Assembly: GCF_027921745.1 (NCBI RefSeq)
Contig: NC_079238.1
Coordinates: 5,456,001-5,520,000, forward strand
DNA: 64,000 bases
Origin: Schizosaccharomyces osmophilus
Lineage: Eukaryota
Reading direction: 5' to 3'
The translations under genes and the position numbers were made by a program. Below are positions 60,613 to 64,000 of this stretch, one piece after another. Position 1 is the first letter of the stretch; each line of letters opens with the position of its first letter. A model generated the notes under the pieces. The model searched no databases and had not been told where the DNA came from. It worked only from the letters and a program-made list of their open reading frames with translations.

Positions 60613-61221
60613 TTAGTTGAACCCAGAGAAGTGATGACTAAGATCGTAGACGCTGATTAAACCAAGGGCATCACGAAGTCTTTCTTTCATTTTTATCGAC
60701 TCGTTGAAATTGAAGCGGATTCCGTACCCATCTAAGTAGCGAGCGCACTGGTCCCTTGTTAAGCCATCAATGTCTTTAACAGATCTAATTTCTGGCAAAT
60801 CATCATCTGGCTGAGTCCCACCTAGAAAAGGAACGATATTTATAGGAAATCCCATTGATCTTAACTGGATATTTTCCGTTTTTGTATTTCTCATATCCAT
60901 TCTGTTAAATCTCGTTTCCATTCTGTTAAATCTCGTTTCCATTCTGTTAAATCTCGTTTCCATTCTTGAGGGGAATGCATTCTCATCGGTCAGCCAATTC
61001 TGAAACCACCGCGGTGGTTGATCTTCAGCAACCTCTTCTGCTCGTCTTAATTGATTAGCAACATTTTGAATAACTTGGATTCGATGAATCATGCCAACTT
61101 CATTTTGAAGTTGCGAGCTTTTCATAGCAAATTCTAATTCTTTTAAAAACCGATTTACGTCTAAAAAAGTATCATTCTGTGGAGGAGAGATGTCGAAATC
61201 GTTCGCATAGATATTTTCCAT
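60613..61221 (-). CDS. Mug135/Tdk1/Mug2-like (DUF1773-like) coiled-coil protein
   Basis: PPRWFQ, (RMETRFN)x3 heptads, and C-terminal IVPFLGG.QP...LPEIRSVKDIDGLT...CARYLDGYGI...KERLRDALG recalled as the family's C-terminal domain. Confidence 0.8.
   Translation of the reverse strand: MENIYANDFDISPPQNDTFLDVNRFLKELEFAMKSSQLQNEVGMIHRIQVIQNVANQLRRAEEVAEDQPPRWFQNWLTDENAFPSRMETRFNRMETRFNRMETRFNRMDMRNTKTENIQLRSMGFPINIVPFLGGTQPDDDLPEIRSVKDIDGLTRDQCARYLDGYGIRFNFNESIKMKERLRDALGLISVYDLSHHFSGFN
60896..60966. repeat. 21-bp tandem repeat, about 3.3 copies, encoding heptads
   Basis: Unit TCCATTCTGTTAAATCTCGTT repeated exactly. Confidence 0.95.
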
Positions 61222-62340
61222 TTTAAGAAATTGGTAAAGGTTATGTACAATAGATATGCTGCTAAAATATAAACAAAGCTGTGTTATTTTTGAATTGTGG
61301 TGGTGCCACTCGTTAAACGCTTCGAGTGCACTTCCAAATAGAAAAATTCTCGTAATAATATTTCAACGATGGAATAAATTATAACACTAAACAAAAATTA
61401 CGCAATTATTGGTTTCCTTCGTTACAGATGTTAACAAGCATTAGCAATGAGAGTGTGAGTGGAATACAGTTGTAAAGGTTTAAATTGTCAAGTTGAATAC
61501 TCTAAATTAAGTTACTACATATCTGGAGTGATATATCTTTAGTACAAGTTTATTGGCTCTGCCAGAAAAATCTTCCTAACTGAAGATTTTGTCTGAGAAT
61601 CCCGCTTAGGGCCATTTCTACCAGTGGGGCAGGTATATCAGACTTTGGCAATGGTTCGGTACTTGGGAATTGGTAGTAAAAAAAGGTATTATGAAATAAA
61701 ACCGATTTTGGTATGTATTCTTTTCTTCCTATACATTTATCGCACTAAGCATAATTGTTTCTGAATTTCGTTTGCGAAACCCCAATCTTTGAAAACTCAT
61801 TCTTGACAACTCTGTCCTTTAACTATATGATTAGATTAGCCCAGGTCCTCTAACATAAATTTAAAAGTTCATTATAACACAACCTTGAGTCTTGCTAACA
61901 AGAAGAATAGCAACTACCGTTAAGCTTTTTCGTTTTATTCACATGTTCAACAAGCGATTTCTTCCAGGGAAACTCATATGCACTTTTAACCTGATGCCTA
62001 TCTCAAATCAGATGTAAGAAGGACTTCTTTCAAGTTCTTATTCTTTTTCTATTTTATGTAGTCAAAGCAAACAACTGCGCAGATCGAACAAAAGCACTTA
62101 CTATAACGTTGAAAAAGATGCAACAAAGCCTGTGGTAAAACATTAAGTCTTGCAAAAATCTGTATTCTCCAAAAAGTAAGGTTGAAAAAAAAAAAAGAAA
62201 GAAAACAAGTTTCAGAGTCTCTCATATCCATTCATTAATTTCTGGGCCACTACCGTTCATTTTATTTTTATTTATTTATTCTTTTTTTTTGGTTCTTTAA
62301 TAATTTTTGATACTGTTTATTATAGATTTTGGGAAATTTC

Positions 62341-63960
62341 ATGATCCAGAAGAACAACTACATCACCTCTTCCTGAAACATTGAATTTGCTCTACTCAAA
62401 TTCCTACCGGCACCACTTTTCAGGTCACTTCAAACTCAACACCGAAACCCAAACCAAGAATAATCATAATGGAAGCCTCTCTACTCCTAATGCTCGTATA
62501 ATACCAAACTTAATTTGGATAGGAGTTTCGTTATTTCTAAACGTATTTCTCTCTGGTTTTGATGGGACAGGTACAGCTTCTGCTTATACTACGATCGGTG
62601 AAGAATTTCACGCTGCAAATTTAGCGTCATGGATTACCACTTCGTATTTAATTACTAGTACTACATTTCAGCCTTTATACGGATTGATACGGATCGTTTT
62701 CAGACATTATAGGAAGGTGAGTATGTTAATATATGGCATCGGGACTGTTTAGTCTTGGTTATCTATGGTGCTACTTTGCTATTGGGATCTTTTTTTTTAA
62801 TAATTGCAAGAAGTTTTTTATGGGAATTGGGGGAGGAGGATTGATCACACTGTACACATTCATCGACTCGGATATCATTCCAACAAGGAAACGAGGGCTG
62901 TTCCAAGCATTTCAAAATCTATTGTTATGATTTGGTGCCATTTGTGGAACGTCTTTTGAAGGTGTACTTTGTGAAGCATTTAGTTGGGGAGTTGTTTTCT
63001 CATCCAAGTTCCTTTTTCACTTTCAAGTTTTGCTGTAGGGTATTTTTTTTGTACAAAATTAAGCTTGTTATACAAGGCTTCACAATATCGAATTCTTTTG
63101 ATATATCAGGAGGATACTTTTGGTTTCTGGGTTGACGGCATTGTTATTGGTTTATCTTTTGGTGGTACAAAATCCATTCAAACATGTGAACCCTCTAAAT
63201 TTTCATATTATTGGGAGTGTTGTGTATATCTGCATTCATATATGTAGAATTTACAACGAAAGCGGCGCCAATTATTCCATTAAAATCGCTTCAAGGGTTA
63301 TACAGTACCCTTGTTTTAACGATTGGGGGTTTCACTGGATTAGCAGGATATGCTTATTTATTTACACTCGCTTTATTTTTTCAACTAGTACAAGGGGATA
63401 GTCTTTCCAAAGCCGGACTTTGTCTTGCTTTACCTTCCTTGTCTACAGCTATAGGAGGATTGATTTCTGGTAATCTCATGCATCAACATGTTCGCGTGGG
63501 AGCACCTACTTTTTTGGGGAGTACTTCTCATGGCTTTAGGATATGTCCTTAGTTTGTTTATATATCCTGGCATATCACCAATACTACTGGGTCTATTTTT
63601 GATTCCAGCCAACATTGGGCAAGGTATAGGATTTTCAAGCTCCTTCTTTTCGTTCATTTTTTCTGCGTTTCCTCAAAATTCACATGCTCCATCTACATCA
63701 ACGCTTTATTTGATTAGAAGCATTGGTTCATTGTTTGACGTAGGCGTATTATCAGCCATCATTCAATCGACTCTTAGGAAAAGAGTATTCACTGAATTAT
63801 CAGATTTTACTGATCTCAATGAAAACCAGATTCGAGAGGTTCTTCTTTATATGATTTACCAGAGGATATTCAGAAGATTGTATTAGGTGATTATACTTTT
63901 GCCATTCGAAATGCACAGAGTTTACGATGATTTGCTGCATAATAGCCCTTATCTTATGTA
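62341..63960 (+). pseudogene. Fnx/Vba-like vacuolar MFS (DHA2) pseudogene
   Basis: Fragments FLSGFDGT, ASWITTSYLITSTTFQPLYG, GIGGGGL..DSDIIPTRKRGLFQ and LIRSIGSLF are spread over at least 5 frame segments. Confidence 0.85.
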
Positions 63961-64000
63961 TTTTGAAGGACGTGATAAAACCAAATACACATTCCGGATT

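Noticed and set aside
60896..60966. CRISPR-like array
   Set aside because: Spacerless in-frame tandem repeat within a eukaryotic CDS.

Overview
AT-rich fungal DNA. By inference it is from a fission yeast of the Schizosaccharomyces octosporus/osmophilus/cryophilus group: S. pombe-like tRNAs and 5S rRNA, an M-factor gene, and a 5-exon wtf gene between 5S copies. After emc3 and two tRNAs, the window is an accessory region of transporters, nitrogen/sulfur/iron-scavenging enzymes, stress genes and pseudogenes. The most notable part is 41.3-51.6 kb. It holds a young, apparently intact Ty3/gypsy LTR retrotransposon with Tf1-type self-priming complementarity, and its gag and pol are separated by one in-frame UGA-CUAG, a readthrough context. 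An inverted solo LTR lies beside it, and swapped target-site duplications indicate a 1.18-kb LTR-mediated inversion. Undoing these events gives a same-strand array: degenerate 5S, Mug135/Tdk1-like (DUF1773-like) pseudogene, degenerate 5S, intact wtf, 5S. A partial copy of the 5S/DUF1773-like unit at 2.4-3.0 kb preserves the empty insertion site, and an intact family member lies at 60.6-61.2 kb. All assignments were made by eye; no searches were run.
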